22,927 bases of DNA, taken from positions 1 to 22,927 of IMG/VR virus record IMGVR_UViG_3300049919_000418; one strand, written 5' to 3'. The number at the start of each line of letters is the position of its first letter. Positions within the stretch are counted from its first letter, which is position 1. Of the stretch, positions 1-8,300 are shown in pieces. The stretch comes from a virus (Duplodnaviria; Heunggongvirae; Uroviricota; Caudoviricetes). The notes below the pieces were generated by a model that saw nothing but the letters and a program-made list of their open reading frames with translations, was not told the DNA's origin and did not search any database. Made by a program: the position numbers and the translations under genes.

Positions 1-342
1 ATTCCAAAGGGTCGCCCAAAAACAGGGAAACCGCCTTTCACTTGGGAATATTCTGCAATTGATGCCCTTAATTACGATAAAATGGGAGAAGTCCGCTGGT
101 CTTATTTGGATGATACCCTTTACGCTATTGAGAGATACAATGGCACAGGCTACTTGCGTTTTCATATAAATACACCTACCCCTTATTTGTGGGCGGGGTC
201 ATCTATCGAGAGGCCCGGAAAATACGTGGCAGACAATAAGTGGAGTTCAACCGCTCGGAGTAGCCAAATAGGTGTCGCCGCCATATTAAAAATTATGGAG
301 GAACGGGGCGTTGCAAACACGTCTTCACTCAAAAGAAAGTAA
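1..342 (+). CDS. Lysozyme-family (COG5526-like) endolysin, C-terminal part (5' partial)
   Basis: Frame is open from base 1: IPKGRPKTGKPPFTWEYSAIDAL...ERYNGTGY...PTPYLWAG...GKYVAD...SSQIGVAAILK. This matches the PKGRP/ExYNGxGY/PYLW/GKYVAD pattern of COG5526 proteins. The ATG at 82 is internal. Confidence 0.85.
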   Translation: MPKGRPKTGKPPFTWEYSAIDALNYDKMGEVRWSYLDDTLYAIERYNGTGYLRFHINTPTPYLWAGSSIERPGKYVADNKWSSTARSSQIGVAAILKIMEERGVANTSSLKRK

Positions 343-395
343 ATTCTTTTTTACCGAAAAAAAGTAAAAAATATTGTAATTATTTGCTCCTTAAA

Positions 396-401
396 GTGTA
401 A
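396..401 (+). promoter_or_regulatory. GTGTAA putative late promoter element
   Basis: Intergenic, 9 nt before ATG 411; recurs before six other gene starts. Confidence 0.65.
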
Positions 402-410
402 CCTTGGTAT

Positions 411-1157
411 ATGATTATGATGTTGGCTGATATAATAAGCGGTTTAAAAAAAATCACAGAAGATTACAAATTCCTTCCGGAGGCCGCTGGAATAATTGGC
501 TTGCTTTTGTTGGTTTTTAAAAGGGGGAGAAGGTGGATTATGGGCTTTATAAAGGGTTTATATACTTGGATTGTATTTCCATTTAAAAGTCAAGACGTTC
601 GAACGGAAATTTTGTCAGAAATATCCGGCATAAAAACCGAACTTCAAAAAAATACCAAAATATCTGAGGAAACAGCAAAGGAGGTCGCCAGCCTTAAATC
701 TTTGGTTGGCCACAATGGCGGCGGCGGACTGCTTGACATGGTGGGCGAGCTTATTGGTTGGCGCTCAAGCGAGTTTTGGCTTCGAGCGCAAGTTGGGTTT
801 CTATGTGATGGGGAAGGAAGAAACATTGATGTAACGCATGCGTATAGTATTTTGCTGGGGCTTTCAAGCAAAGCGGACCTTACGGGGATTAGCTGGAAAA
901 GCTACACAGACAGAGATCGGTCCACAAGTTATTTAAATGAATTTAAAGACGCCGCATCAAGACGGGAAACCTTTCGCGGGAAAATAGAACTTTTCGACAT
1001 CAACGCAATTTCCAGAGGCTTCTGGATTATTGTTGCTCACCCTATCTCAGCGGAAAAGGCCAAGGCTGTTCGCTATGTAGGTTTCGCTTACCCCGCAGAC
1101 GACGTGTCTAGGGCTATAGCTAAAGCATATAATTGGCCACTTGTAGTGCCGATTTAA
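411..1157 (+). CDS. Holin-like membrane protein with C-terminal PAS-like domain
   Basis: Hydrophobic segment FLPEAAGIIGLLLLVF followed by KRGRR, a coiled-coil stretch, an NGGGGLLD motif, then FLCDGEGRNIDVTHAYSILLG...DLTGISWKSY, resembling the PAS pattern (D-x-x-G, V-N-x-A, LG, ELxG-x-x-W). Lies directly after the endolysin. Confidence 0.6.
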   Translation: MIMMLADIISGLKKITEDYKFLPEAAGIIGLLLLVFKRGRRWIMGFIKGLYTWIVFPFKSQDVRTEILSEISGIKTELQKNTKISEETAKEVASLKSLVGHNGGGGLLDMVGELIGWRSSEFWLRAQVGFLCDGEGRNIDVTHAYSILLGLSSKADLTGISWKSYTDRDRSTSYLNEFKDAASRRETFRGKIELFDINAISRGFWIIVAHPISAEKAKAVRYVGFAYPADDVSRAIAKAYNWPLVVPI

Positions 1158-1165
1158 GTCATCTT

Positions 1166-1951
1166 ATGGCAACAAAGAAAACACCAAAATACGCTTCCAT
1201 TAACGAAGTATCTAACCTTAACCCAAAAACAAATAAAAGATCTGCGGCGCGGCGTCCCGACACCTCACCCTATGTCTGCTCCAACAAAAAGCAGGGATTG
1301 AGCTTTAACATCGATTGTAAAATCCCTTGGACAGAAAAGCAATTGGACTTTTTTGATTTGGTCGCGGATAAAGAATGTAAGGTTATCTTTATAAGCGGGC
1401 CTGCTGGCGTTTCTAAAACTTTAATATCTGTCTATACGTCTTTACTCCTTTTAAAAGAGAAAAAGGTTTCGGAAATTGTTTATGTCAGGACGGCAATTGA
1501 AAGCGCAAGCAAATCCTTGGGCGCACTACCCGGAACTCTTGATGAAAAACTATCTGTTTACATCGAACCAATATTGGACAAACTTGAAGAAATTATCGGC
1601 AAGGAGAACTCCAAAAACCTGTTAGAGCGTGGACTTGTAACTGCCCGACCGATCAACTACCTTCGTGGCTGCCAGTTTTCGAGTAAGGCTATAATTTTTG
1701 ATGAAGCTCAAAACTCTACAATGTCCGAAATGACCACATTCCTAACTCGTATTGGGGAATTCAGCAAGATTTTTATCTGCGGCGATCCTTCTCAGGCAGA
1801 TATAAGAGACAGTTCTTTCGAAAAGACCCTTAGACTCTTCGATAATATTGAAGCGGAGGACAACGGAATCTTTATTTTTGAATTCGATGAGGAAGATATC
1901 CTTCGCTCTGAGATTCTCAAGTTTATCGTAAAAAGACTGAAACAGGCGTAA
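1166..1951 (+). CDS. phoH: PhoH-family ATPase
   Basis: Walker A GPAGVSKT, LGALPGTLDEKL, YLRG, Walker B IIFDEAQN, LTRIGE, GDPSQAD, EDILRS. ATG 1166 is preferred over the TTG at 1133, which overlaps the upstream gene. Confidence 0.95.
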   Translation: MATKKTPKYASINEVSNLNPKTNKRSAARRPDTSPYVCSNKKQGLSFNIDCKIPWTEKQLDFFDLVADKECKVIFISGPAGVSKTLISVYTSLLLLKEKKVSEIVYVRTAIESASKSLGALPGTLDEKLSVYIEPILDKLEEIIGKENSKNLLERGLVTARPINYLRGCQFSSKAIIFDEAQNSTMSEMTTFLTRIGEFSKIFICGDPSQADIRDSSFEKTLRLFDNIEAEDNGIFIFEFDEEDILRSEILKFIVKRLKQA

Positions 1952-1972
1952 ACCATTAAAAATCAATAGAGG

Positions 1973-2005
1973 GGGCGGGCTTTTTCCGAAAGCCCGCCCT
2001 TTTTT
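1973..2005 (+). terminator. Rho-independent terminator
   Basis: 11-bp stem GGGCGGGCTTT/AAAGCCCGCCC followed by T6, just after phoH. Confidence 0.9.
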
Positions 2006-2056
2006 GCATTTTTTTAAAATAAATCAGGAATAACCTCTCACAATCGGGTATATTAA

Positions 2057-2062
2057 GTGTAG
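2057..2062 (+). promoter_or_regulatory. GTGTAG variant of the late element
   Basis: One mismatch to GTGTAA; intergenic, between the terminator and the 2093-8271 operon. Confidence 0.3.
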
Positions 2063-2092
2063 GATAACAGTTAGGGACACAAACAAAACAAT

Positions 2093-2542
2093 ATGAAATA
2101 CATTTCTTTGCAAAAATACGACCAAGAGTTTTCTGGTCAAGGCGTTAAATATCGACTTTTCTACAACCCAAATGATACGGTTGCCATCTTCGAGCCGGGT
2201 TTTGACGACGACATTTGGCCTTACATTATGGAAAAGGGGTTTGCTCTTAAAGAGTCTGGATTTATCATGAACGCTGAAAATGCGGCAATCATTCGCGAAT
2301 TCATTGCGCAGCAAAAAGGAGAAAAAGAAGTTTTAGAGAACATCAAGGTTGATTCCTTTGTTACTCCCAATCTTATAGATCCGCATCCTTATGGTTTGGC
2401 CAAGGTGGCAACTCCTCAACTTGGCCAAGATAAGTTGGAGAATTGGATTTTTGAGTTGGAGTCAAAACCAACCGTTGCGAAACTTGCGGTTATCCTTAAA
2501 GAGATTCTACAAGAGTTTGAAACATCCCGTAGCCAAAGATAA
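2093..2542 (+). CDS. Hypothetical protein (149 aa)
   Basis: A-rich leader; TAATG stop/start overlap with the next gene; no recognised motif. Confidence 0.8.
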   Translation: MKYISLQKYDQEFSGQGVKYRLFYNPNDTVAIFEPGFDDDIWPYIMEKGFALKESGFIMNAENAAIIREFIAQQKGEKEVLENIKVDSFVTPNLIDPHPYGLAKVATPQLGQDKLENWIFELESKPTVAKLAVILKEILQEFETSRSQR

Positions 2543-2835
2543 TGAAGATTTTTTGCATGTCATGCGGACGAGGTTCGGAATATATTGGCGAGCACAATAA
2601 ACCCGACGCCTGTGTTTGTGGCGAGGATTTTAATAACCCGACCTTGGAAGCTTCACCCTCAACTTCAAAAGCGACCACCCCCCATCAAAAACGAAATACA
2701 CCACGGGGAAGTGATGTGAAATCCTTTGTTATTGAAGGAAAAAAATTCGATATTATGGCCTTGGCCAAGTCATTAACGCCTGAATTTGTCGTGGGATATG
2801 CACCCGACACTCAAGAAGAATCCTTAAAAGAGTAA
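2542..2835 (+). CDS. Small zinc-ribbon protein
   Basis: N-terminal FCMSCG...ACVCG; coupled to neighbours on both sides. Confidence 0.7.
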   Translation: MKIFCMSCGRGSEYIGEHNKPDACVCGEDFNNPTLEASPSTSKATTPHQKRNTPRGSDVKSFVIEGKKFDIMALAKSLTPEFVVGYAPDTQEESLKE

Positions 2836-2836
2836 T

Positions 2837-3523
2837 ATGTTACATAGCTTCGAAGATAAGATAGACGCGGTTAATCATGAAATTGCCAAAAGAAGGGGGA
2901 AGTGGAGGTTAAACGCCCTATCTTATATCGACTATGATGATATCTCTCAAATTTTAAGAATCCACATTCATGAAAAGTGGGCGCTTTGGGATCAGGCTCG
3001 TCCGTTGGAACAATGGTTGAATAGGGTTATTACCTATCAACTTATTAATTTGGTTCGAAACCATTACGGAAGAGTCGCGCCGCCTTGTAATGGTTGCTCT
3101 CATAACATATCAAACGACTTTTGCTCGTTTACTCCAAGCGGTTCCAAGTGTGACGAATGCCCGCTTTATAAGAAATGGCAATCAAAGGCGCAAACAGGAT
3201 ACAATTTAAAGCTCGCCGCTTCCATTGATTCCGAGGATTTCGTTGAACCGAAATCATCCTCTACTGATTTTTCGGACCATATCGATTACGATTCCTCTTC
3301 TCAAAAGCTTCATGATTCAATGCGGAAAATACTTCCAGCGTCCCAATATAAAATTTATGATCTTTTGATTGTTCAAAATCTGTCAGACAAAGAGGTCGCC
3401 CTAGAGCTTAAGTTGCGTTCATCGGAACGTGGGCGCTGTCCGGGCTACAAACACCTTAATGATATGCGTAACAAATTCTATGAGCTCGCCAAAAAAGTAA
3501 TTCAAAACAAAGACATACTATGA
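2837..3523 (+). CDS. ECF-like RNA polymerase sigma factor with Cys-rich insertion
   Basis: Region-2-like DYDDISQILRIHIHEKWALWDQARPLEQWLNRVITYQLINLVRN; region-4-like LPASQYKIYDLLIVQNLSDKEVALEL; C84/C87/C96/C105/C108 lie between them. Confidence 0.75.
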   Translation: MLHSFEDKIDAVNHEIAKRRGKWRLNALSYIDYDDISQILRIHIHEKWALWDQARPLEQWLNRVITYQLINLVRNHYGRVAPPCNGCSHNISNDFCSFTPSGSKCDECPLYKKWQSKAQTGYNLKLAASIDSEDFVEPKSSSTDFSDHIDYDSSSQKLHDSMRKILPASQYKIYDLLIVQNLSDKEVALELKLRSSERGRCPGYKHLNDMRNKFYELAKKVIQNKDIL

Positions 3524-4611
3524 ATAAAGGTGATCTAGGATATGTGCAAGCGGTTATTGATCAACGTCAATATAACCTAACTTTTGCCCAGCAAGCGTTT
3601 ATACAGAAAAACGCAGACAAGTTTTCTCTCGTCGAACTCATGCAAAAAACTTTCAAGGAGCCATCTTTGAATGAAAGAAGTGTTGAGTATGACGAAATTC
3701 GTAAGTATGTCGCAAAGGTTAAGCGGGGAACAGCTATTGTTTCATTTACGGAAGATCAAATAGCATTTATTGAGGGCAATTCCTCAACAATGAAGCCATT
3801 CGAGCTCGCAAAAAACATCTTCCCCAATCGCGCGGATTTAAAACCTCTTTCCGCCGAACCGCAGATTATCAGTGAGTATCTAAAATCTATCGGGCTTTTA
3901 GGTTCTGACGGTAAGGATAATGACGATTACAAGCCCCCGAAGGCCGCAGCTTCATTGGTTAGAAAAATTAATCAGGCGGATACTAACGCAAATTTTGACG
4001 CAAACGACCTTACCCCTGCGCAAAAAAAATGTGTTGAGTCTTTGCGATCCTATCTTCAGTCCATTCGCTTTATTGGATACATGAAGATTTTTGAAGAGGC
4101 GGATATGAAAGATATGTTCGAAGAAGAGTTTGTTAAAGGCACATACGATAAACACGATTTAAACTCCGAAGAGCTTAACATGTATATCAACCTTTGCGCC
4201 GAATACGTTAACATTCACCAAGTCCACAGAAACAAGGTTATCATTGAAAACAAAATTAATAACGCTCTTGTTGGCGATGGGGACGATGATTCAAAAAAAC
4301 TCTACATGACTTGGGTGGATCTTTTGCAGCGTCGCGAAGACGATCTTCATAAAAGCAAGAAACGCGCCGAAGACCTTCAGGTTAAATTGAGTTCCACGCG
4401 TTCAGTTAGGCTTAAAAGCATTGCTGATGCAAACGAATCCTTAAGTAAGTTTGTTGAAGAGTGGAAGAGTGAGGAGGGCCGCAAGAGAATGTTGAAAATC
4501 GCTGAGGCTCAAAACCAATTGGTTAAAAATGAATTGGGCCGCCTTGAAAATTTTGAGGAATACATCGCAAATATTCGCGGTGTAGGTCAGCAAGAAATTC
4601 TTAGAAATTAA
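3520..4611 (+). CDS. Tandem HTH-like/coiled-coil protein, candidate terminase small subunit
   Basis: Two similar N-terminal units (LTFAQQAFIQKN.. / FTEDQIAFIEGN..), long C-terminal coiled coil, two genes upstream of terL. Function is inferred from position only. Confidence 0.45.
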   Translation: MNKGDLGYVQAVIDQRQYNLTFAQQAFIQKNADKFSLVELMQKTFKEPSLNERSVEYDEIRKYVAKVKRGTAIVSFTEDQIAFIEGNSSTMKPFELAKNIFPNRADLKPLSAEPQIISEYLKSIGLLGSDGKDNDDYKPPKAAASLVRKINQADTNANFDANDLTPAQKKCVESLRSYLQSIRFIGYMKIFEEADMKDMFEEEFVKGTYDKHDLNSEELNMYINLCAEYVNIHQVHRNKVIIENKINNALVGDGDDDSKKLYMTWVDLLQRREDDLHKSKKRAEDLQVKLSSTRSVRLKSIADANESLSKFVEEWKSEEGRKRMLKIAEAQNQLVKNELGRLENFEEYIANIRGVGQQEILRN

Positions 4612-4616
4612 CTCCC

Positions 4617-5561
4617 ATGGATTTTACATGCAAAATATGCGGCCTAGGGTTCAATTCCTATCGGAGCCTACACAATCATTTGGCCAAGGTTGAGAATACG
4701 GCTCAAAAGGAATATTATGAAAAATACTTCCCGAAGTTTGACCTTTTCAACGGAAACCCGATTCCCTTTTCAAGGGTTGAAGATTATTCCACTCGACTTT
4801 TCATAGATAAGCGGTCTGAGTTCGCCTATCTTAGGCGCAATGGGCTACAGGCGGTTTCTGGAGACGTTTTAATGAAGCAGTTGGCCGACTGCTCCGCAAA
4901 ATCAAGAGGAAGGCTTCCAACATACTGTGAGTGGAGGTCTTCAAAAAACCTACGCTACGATTTCATGGACAAGGAGGGTTTTTTCCTTGAGTTTGTTGAG
5001 CGGGCGCGGGCGAATGGTATTAATTCTAATTTTGATTATTCCGCTCGTTGGTTGCAGTTTGAATCCAAAGAATGCGAAATTCTTGTTGATACCCGGGAGC
5101 AACAACCCCTTTTTGATTGTGAAAAAACTACAATTAATGTTGGGGACTACACACTAAGTAAAGAAAACTACAACGGAGTTCATGTTGACCGTAAATCCAA
5201 AGCGGACTTTATCGGAACCTTTACAAAGGGGTTGGATAGGTTTAGAAAAGAGTGCGAAAAAGCACGGGCTATGGATATAACTATTGTAGTCTTAATAGAG
5301 GAAACATATCAAAAATGCTTCACTTATCTTCCTTTAAAATTTACAAAACAAAAAGTTACAGGTGAGAGTGCGTTTCATGGGTTGCGTAAAATTTCCCGCG
5401 AATTCCCGGAGGTTCAATTTTTGTTTGTTGATGGGAGGGAAGAGGCAAAAGAATATATTAAAATGCTTTTAAATAATAAAAACATAATCGAATCGGTAGA
5501 TCTTCAGTTCATGTATGAGCTTGGGGAGCTTGATATTAAAATTGTGGAGGACTCATTATAA
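4617..5561 (+). CDS. Zinc-finger + ERCC4 (XPF/Mus81/Hef-like) structure-specific nuclease
   Basis: N-terminal CKIC-x12-H; C-terminal ILVDTREQQP, GDY, VDRKSKAD, RFRKE, matching the ERCC4 DxRE / GD-x(n)-ERK-x3-D motifs. Confidence 0.85.
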   Translation: MDFTCKICGLGFNSYRSLHNHLAKVENTAQKEYYEKYFPKFDLFNGNPIPFSRVEDYSTRLFIDKRSEFAYLRRNGLQAVSGDVLMKQLADCSAKSRGRLPTYCEWRSSKNLRYDFMDKEGFFLEFVERARANGINSNFDYSARWLQFESKECEILVDTREQQPLFDCEKTTINVGDYTLSKENYNGVHVDRKSKADFIGTFTKGLDRFRKECEKARAMDITIVVLIEETYQKCFTYLPLKFTKQKVTGESAFHGLRKISREFPEVQFLFVDGREEAKEYIKMLLNNKNIIESVDLQFMYELGELDIKIVEDSL

Positions 5562-5562
5562 T

Positions 5563-8271
5563 ATGGCTTGGCAGGAGGGTTACCATACTTTAAAAGATCC
5601 GTTCCTTACGGATACCAATAAAAAATTAGGATTAATTGAGGGGGAAATCAGTTCAAGAGACGCTCAGGTTTCTTTTGCAAAATTTTGCTGTGCAAATCCA
5701 GCTTTTGCAGCCAACCTTTTGATGGGCGTAGATATCTATCCGTTTCAAGATATTATGCTTCGAGCAATGAATAGCCGCGATTATTTTCTCGGTGTCGCAG
5801 GTCGAGGACTCGGGAAAACGACTATCGCGGCGATATTTGTTCCTCTTTATGCTATTTTTAACCCCGGAGTGACAATCGGGATTACCAGCTCAACTTTCCG
5901 TCAAGCAAGATCGATATTTTCTAAAATTGAAAGCATGGCATACTCTGAGGGGGGTAAATATCTTAGGCAGTGCTTGGTTGGCAAACCTAGCCATAGAAGC
6001 GATGCGTGGGAAATGCAAATTGGACAATCCAAGATTGTTGCAATTCCGCTTGGCTGTTTTGGCGCGAATAGTCGTGTTAGATCTGACCGGGGCCTTGTTA
6101 AAATTGAAGATTACGCAAAGGACGAACCCAATAGTTGGGAGAACTCCCCGCTATCTGTGGACACTTTAAAGTCTCGCTCTAGGGCTTCTCACGTTTTGAA
6201 CGCAGGAAAACAAAAGTGTTACGAAGTTATTACTAAAAAAGGCTTTAAGGTAACGGCTGGAGAAAACCATGAATTTTTAGCTTATAATGGGGAAGAATTT
6301 GTTTGGAAAATTTGCTCTCAGCTTAACTTTCAAGATAGAATTCTGCTTAGTAAGCAAAGGTATGAATGCTCGCAGCCTGAATACAATTTAGGGTATGATC
6401 TTGGATATAAATACGGTTCGGAGCAATTTTTCTCTTCAGTTCAAGAGGAGCGTATTTTCAGTTGCACCAAAGAGTTCGGAAAGGGCTTTCTATCTGGCCT
6501 TTTTGAAACAGGGGTAAAGTCTTTTAAGAGGGCGAGCGGCGATCAAGTTTGGACTCTTAAATTGGCTAACGAGGAAATTGCGTTGAACATTCAACAGTAT
6601 TTACTGTGCTTTGGCATCGTTTCTTCAAGAATAAGCAATTCAATTAAATTAAATTATAAAAATATCCGCGTCTTTGGTAAGGAAATTGGGGATGGTAAAA
6701 GCCATTTCTTTGAAAAACATGCCAAAAAAATCAAAGTTAGAGAAAGTGTAATTGCCGCCGCACCAAAAAGGAGGGTCAAGCATGGGTTCGGAAAAGACTT
6801 TTTTATTGATTGCGTTAGAAATGTTACTCCACTGGGTGAAAGGCAGACCTATGATCTGCGCGTTCCTGTAGAAAATAACTATATCGTAAATGGATTTTGT
6901 AGTCATAATTCAGGCGATAAAATTCGGGGATATCGTTTTAATTTATTGGTTATTGACGAACTTTTGCTTTTATCCGAAAAGGTCATCAATGAAGTTCTAC
7001 TTCCCTTCATGGCTATTCAGATTGATCCGCGTGAACGCCAAAAGGTTCGCGAGGCGGAAATCGAACTTATTGAGGCTGGGCTTATGAAGCCGGAAGACAG
7101 GACGATATTTCCGAATAATAAACTTATTGGGCTTACCTCCGCAAGTTATGAATTTGAATATCTTTATGAAATGTATAAAGACTATTCTGAGAAAATCAAC
7201 GATCAATCGGCCAAGAACGTTTCTCACGCTATCATGCAAATGAGTTGTGAAATGGCTCCGGTCGGCCTTTATGACGAAAGCAACGTTGAAAACGCCCGCA
7301 AAAGTTACTCCCGCGCTCAGTTCGACCGAGAATATATGGCCAAATTTACTGGCGACAGTTCGGGGTTCTACTCTGCAAAGAAGCTGTATGAAATAAGCCT
7401 TAAAAAGGGTGAAAGCCCAACAGTTAAAATTAAAGGGGACGGCGCGAAGAATTATTTGCTAGCTATTGACCCGAACTATGACGCGTCCGAAACGTCTGAC
7501 GATTTCGCAATGACAATTTTTGAGGTAGATGAGGACAACCAACATGGATATATGGTTCATGGTTATGCTGTCGCGTCTTGCTCCCTCTCTGAGCGAATGG
7601 ACTACGTTCGATATATTTTTGATAATTTTAACATTGTTTATATGATTGTCGATAAAGCGGGTGGAGCTAAATTTGTGAAGGATATTAATGATCTTGGGGT
7701 TTTACCGTTTGCTTTGGACTTTTTTGACGCTGAATTTGAAGTATTCGATGAGGAAGAAATGTTTAAGGCTCGCCAATCTTATAACAATGGGGGCAAAGTA
7801 AAGCGTATTGTTCATTCTCAGTATTTCAGCGCTCAGTGGATTAGAACGGCTAACGAAAGCCTTTCTGGCGCAATTGACGGCAAAAGAATTTGGTTTGCCG
7901 CGCCTACGGAAGCTGAGGGAGTTAATTTTGATGACATCCCTATCCAAAAACTCAAGTTCAACGAAACTGAGATTTACGGAAACAAAAAGGAAGATCTTGA
8001 AACCAAGCGAATCGACTTTATTGATAATCAGAGTTTGGTTATTAGTAAAACAAAAAATCAGTGCGCCCTTATTGAGGCTACAACAGGGGCAACCGGAACC
8101 CAAAGGTTTGACCTTCCGTCCAACCTTCAGAAACAGACGGGTCCAACAAAAACACGTAAAGACTCTTATTCCGCACTTGTTTTGGCTAACTGGGGATTAA
8201 TTTGTTACTTTGCCCTGCTTAAGACTCCTGAGAAGAAAAAAAACATGTTTAAGGCTAGATTTTTAGCTTAA
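5563..8271 (+). CDS. terL: Terminase large subunit (intein-containing; 902 aa precursor, about 617 aa spliced)
   Basis: Walker A AGRGLGKT, IRGYRFNLLVIDE Walker B, LTSA coupling motif, RNase H-like LAIDP...DDFA...RKDSYSA. GGAGG at 5546-5550 precedes ATG 5563. Confidence 0.95.
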   Translation: MAWQEGYHTLKDPFLTDTNKKLGLIEGEISSRDAQVSFAKFCCANPAFAANLLMGVDIYPFQDIMLRAMNSRDYFLGVAGRGLGKTTIAAIFVPLYAIFNPGVTIGITSSTFRQARSIFSKIESMAYSEGGKYLRQCLVGKPSHRSDAWEMQIGQSKIVAIPLGCFGANSRVRSDRGLVKIEDYAKDEPNSWENSPLSVDTLKSRSRASHVLNAGKQKCYEVITKKGFKVTAGENHEFLAYNGEEFVWKICSQLNFQDRILLSKQRYECSQPEYNLGYDLGYKYGSEQFFSSVQEERIFSCTKEFGKGFLSGLFETGVKSFKRASGDQVWTLKLANEEIALNIQQYLLCFGIVSSRISNSIKLNYKNIRVFGKEIGDGKSHFFEKHAKKIKVRESVIAAAPKRRVKHGFGKDFFIDCVRNVTPLGERQTYDLRVPVENNYIVNGFCSHNSGDKIRGYRFNLLVIDELLLLSEKVINEVLLPFMAIQIDPRERQKVREAEIELIEAGLMKPEDRTIFPNNKLIGLTSASYEFEYLYEMYKDYSEKINDQSAKNVSHAIMQMSCEMAPVGLYDESNVENARKSYSRAQFDREYMAKFTGDSSGFYSAKKLYEISLKKGESPTVKIKGDGAKNYLLAIDPNYDASETSDDFAMTIFEVDEDNQHGYMVHGYAVASCSLSERMDYVRYIFDNFNIVYMIVDKAGGAKFVKDINDLGVLPFALDFFDAEFEVFDEEEMFKARQSYNNGGKVKRIVHSQYFSAQWIRTANESLSGAIDGKRIWFAAPTEAEGVNFDDIPIQKLKFNETEIYGNKKEDLETKRIDFIDNQSLVISKTKNQCALIEATTGATGTQRFDLPSNLQKQTGPTKTRKDSYSALVLANWGLICYFALLKTPEKKKNMFKARFLA
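6055..6909 (+). mobile_element. Intein (285 aa) with degenerate LAGLIDADG domain
   Basis: Begins CFGANSRV after AIPLG; block B VTAGENHEF; ends TYDLRV...NYIVNGFCSHN followed by +1 Ser. Removing it gives AIPLG-SGDKIRG. Confidence 0.95.
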
Positions 8272-8284
8272 TAAGAAATTATTG

Positions 8285-8290
8285 GTGTAA
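8285..8290 (+). promoter_or_regulatory. GTGTAA putative late promoter element
   Basis: In the 29-nt intergenic gap, 10 nt before portal ATG 8301; ATTGGTGTAA is identical to 10121-10130. Confidence 0.7.
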
Positions 8291-8300
8291 CTAAGTATAT

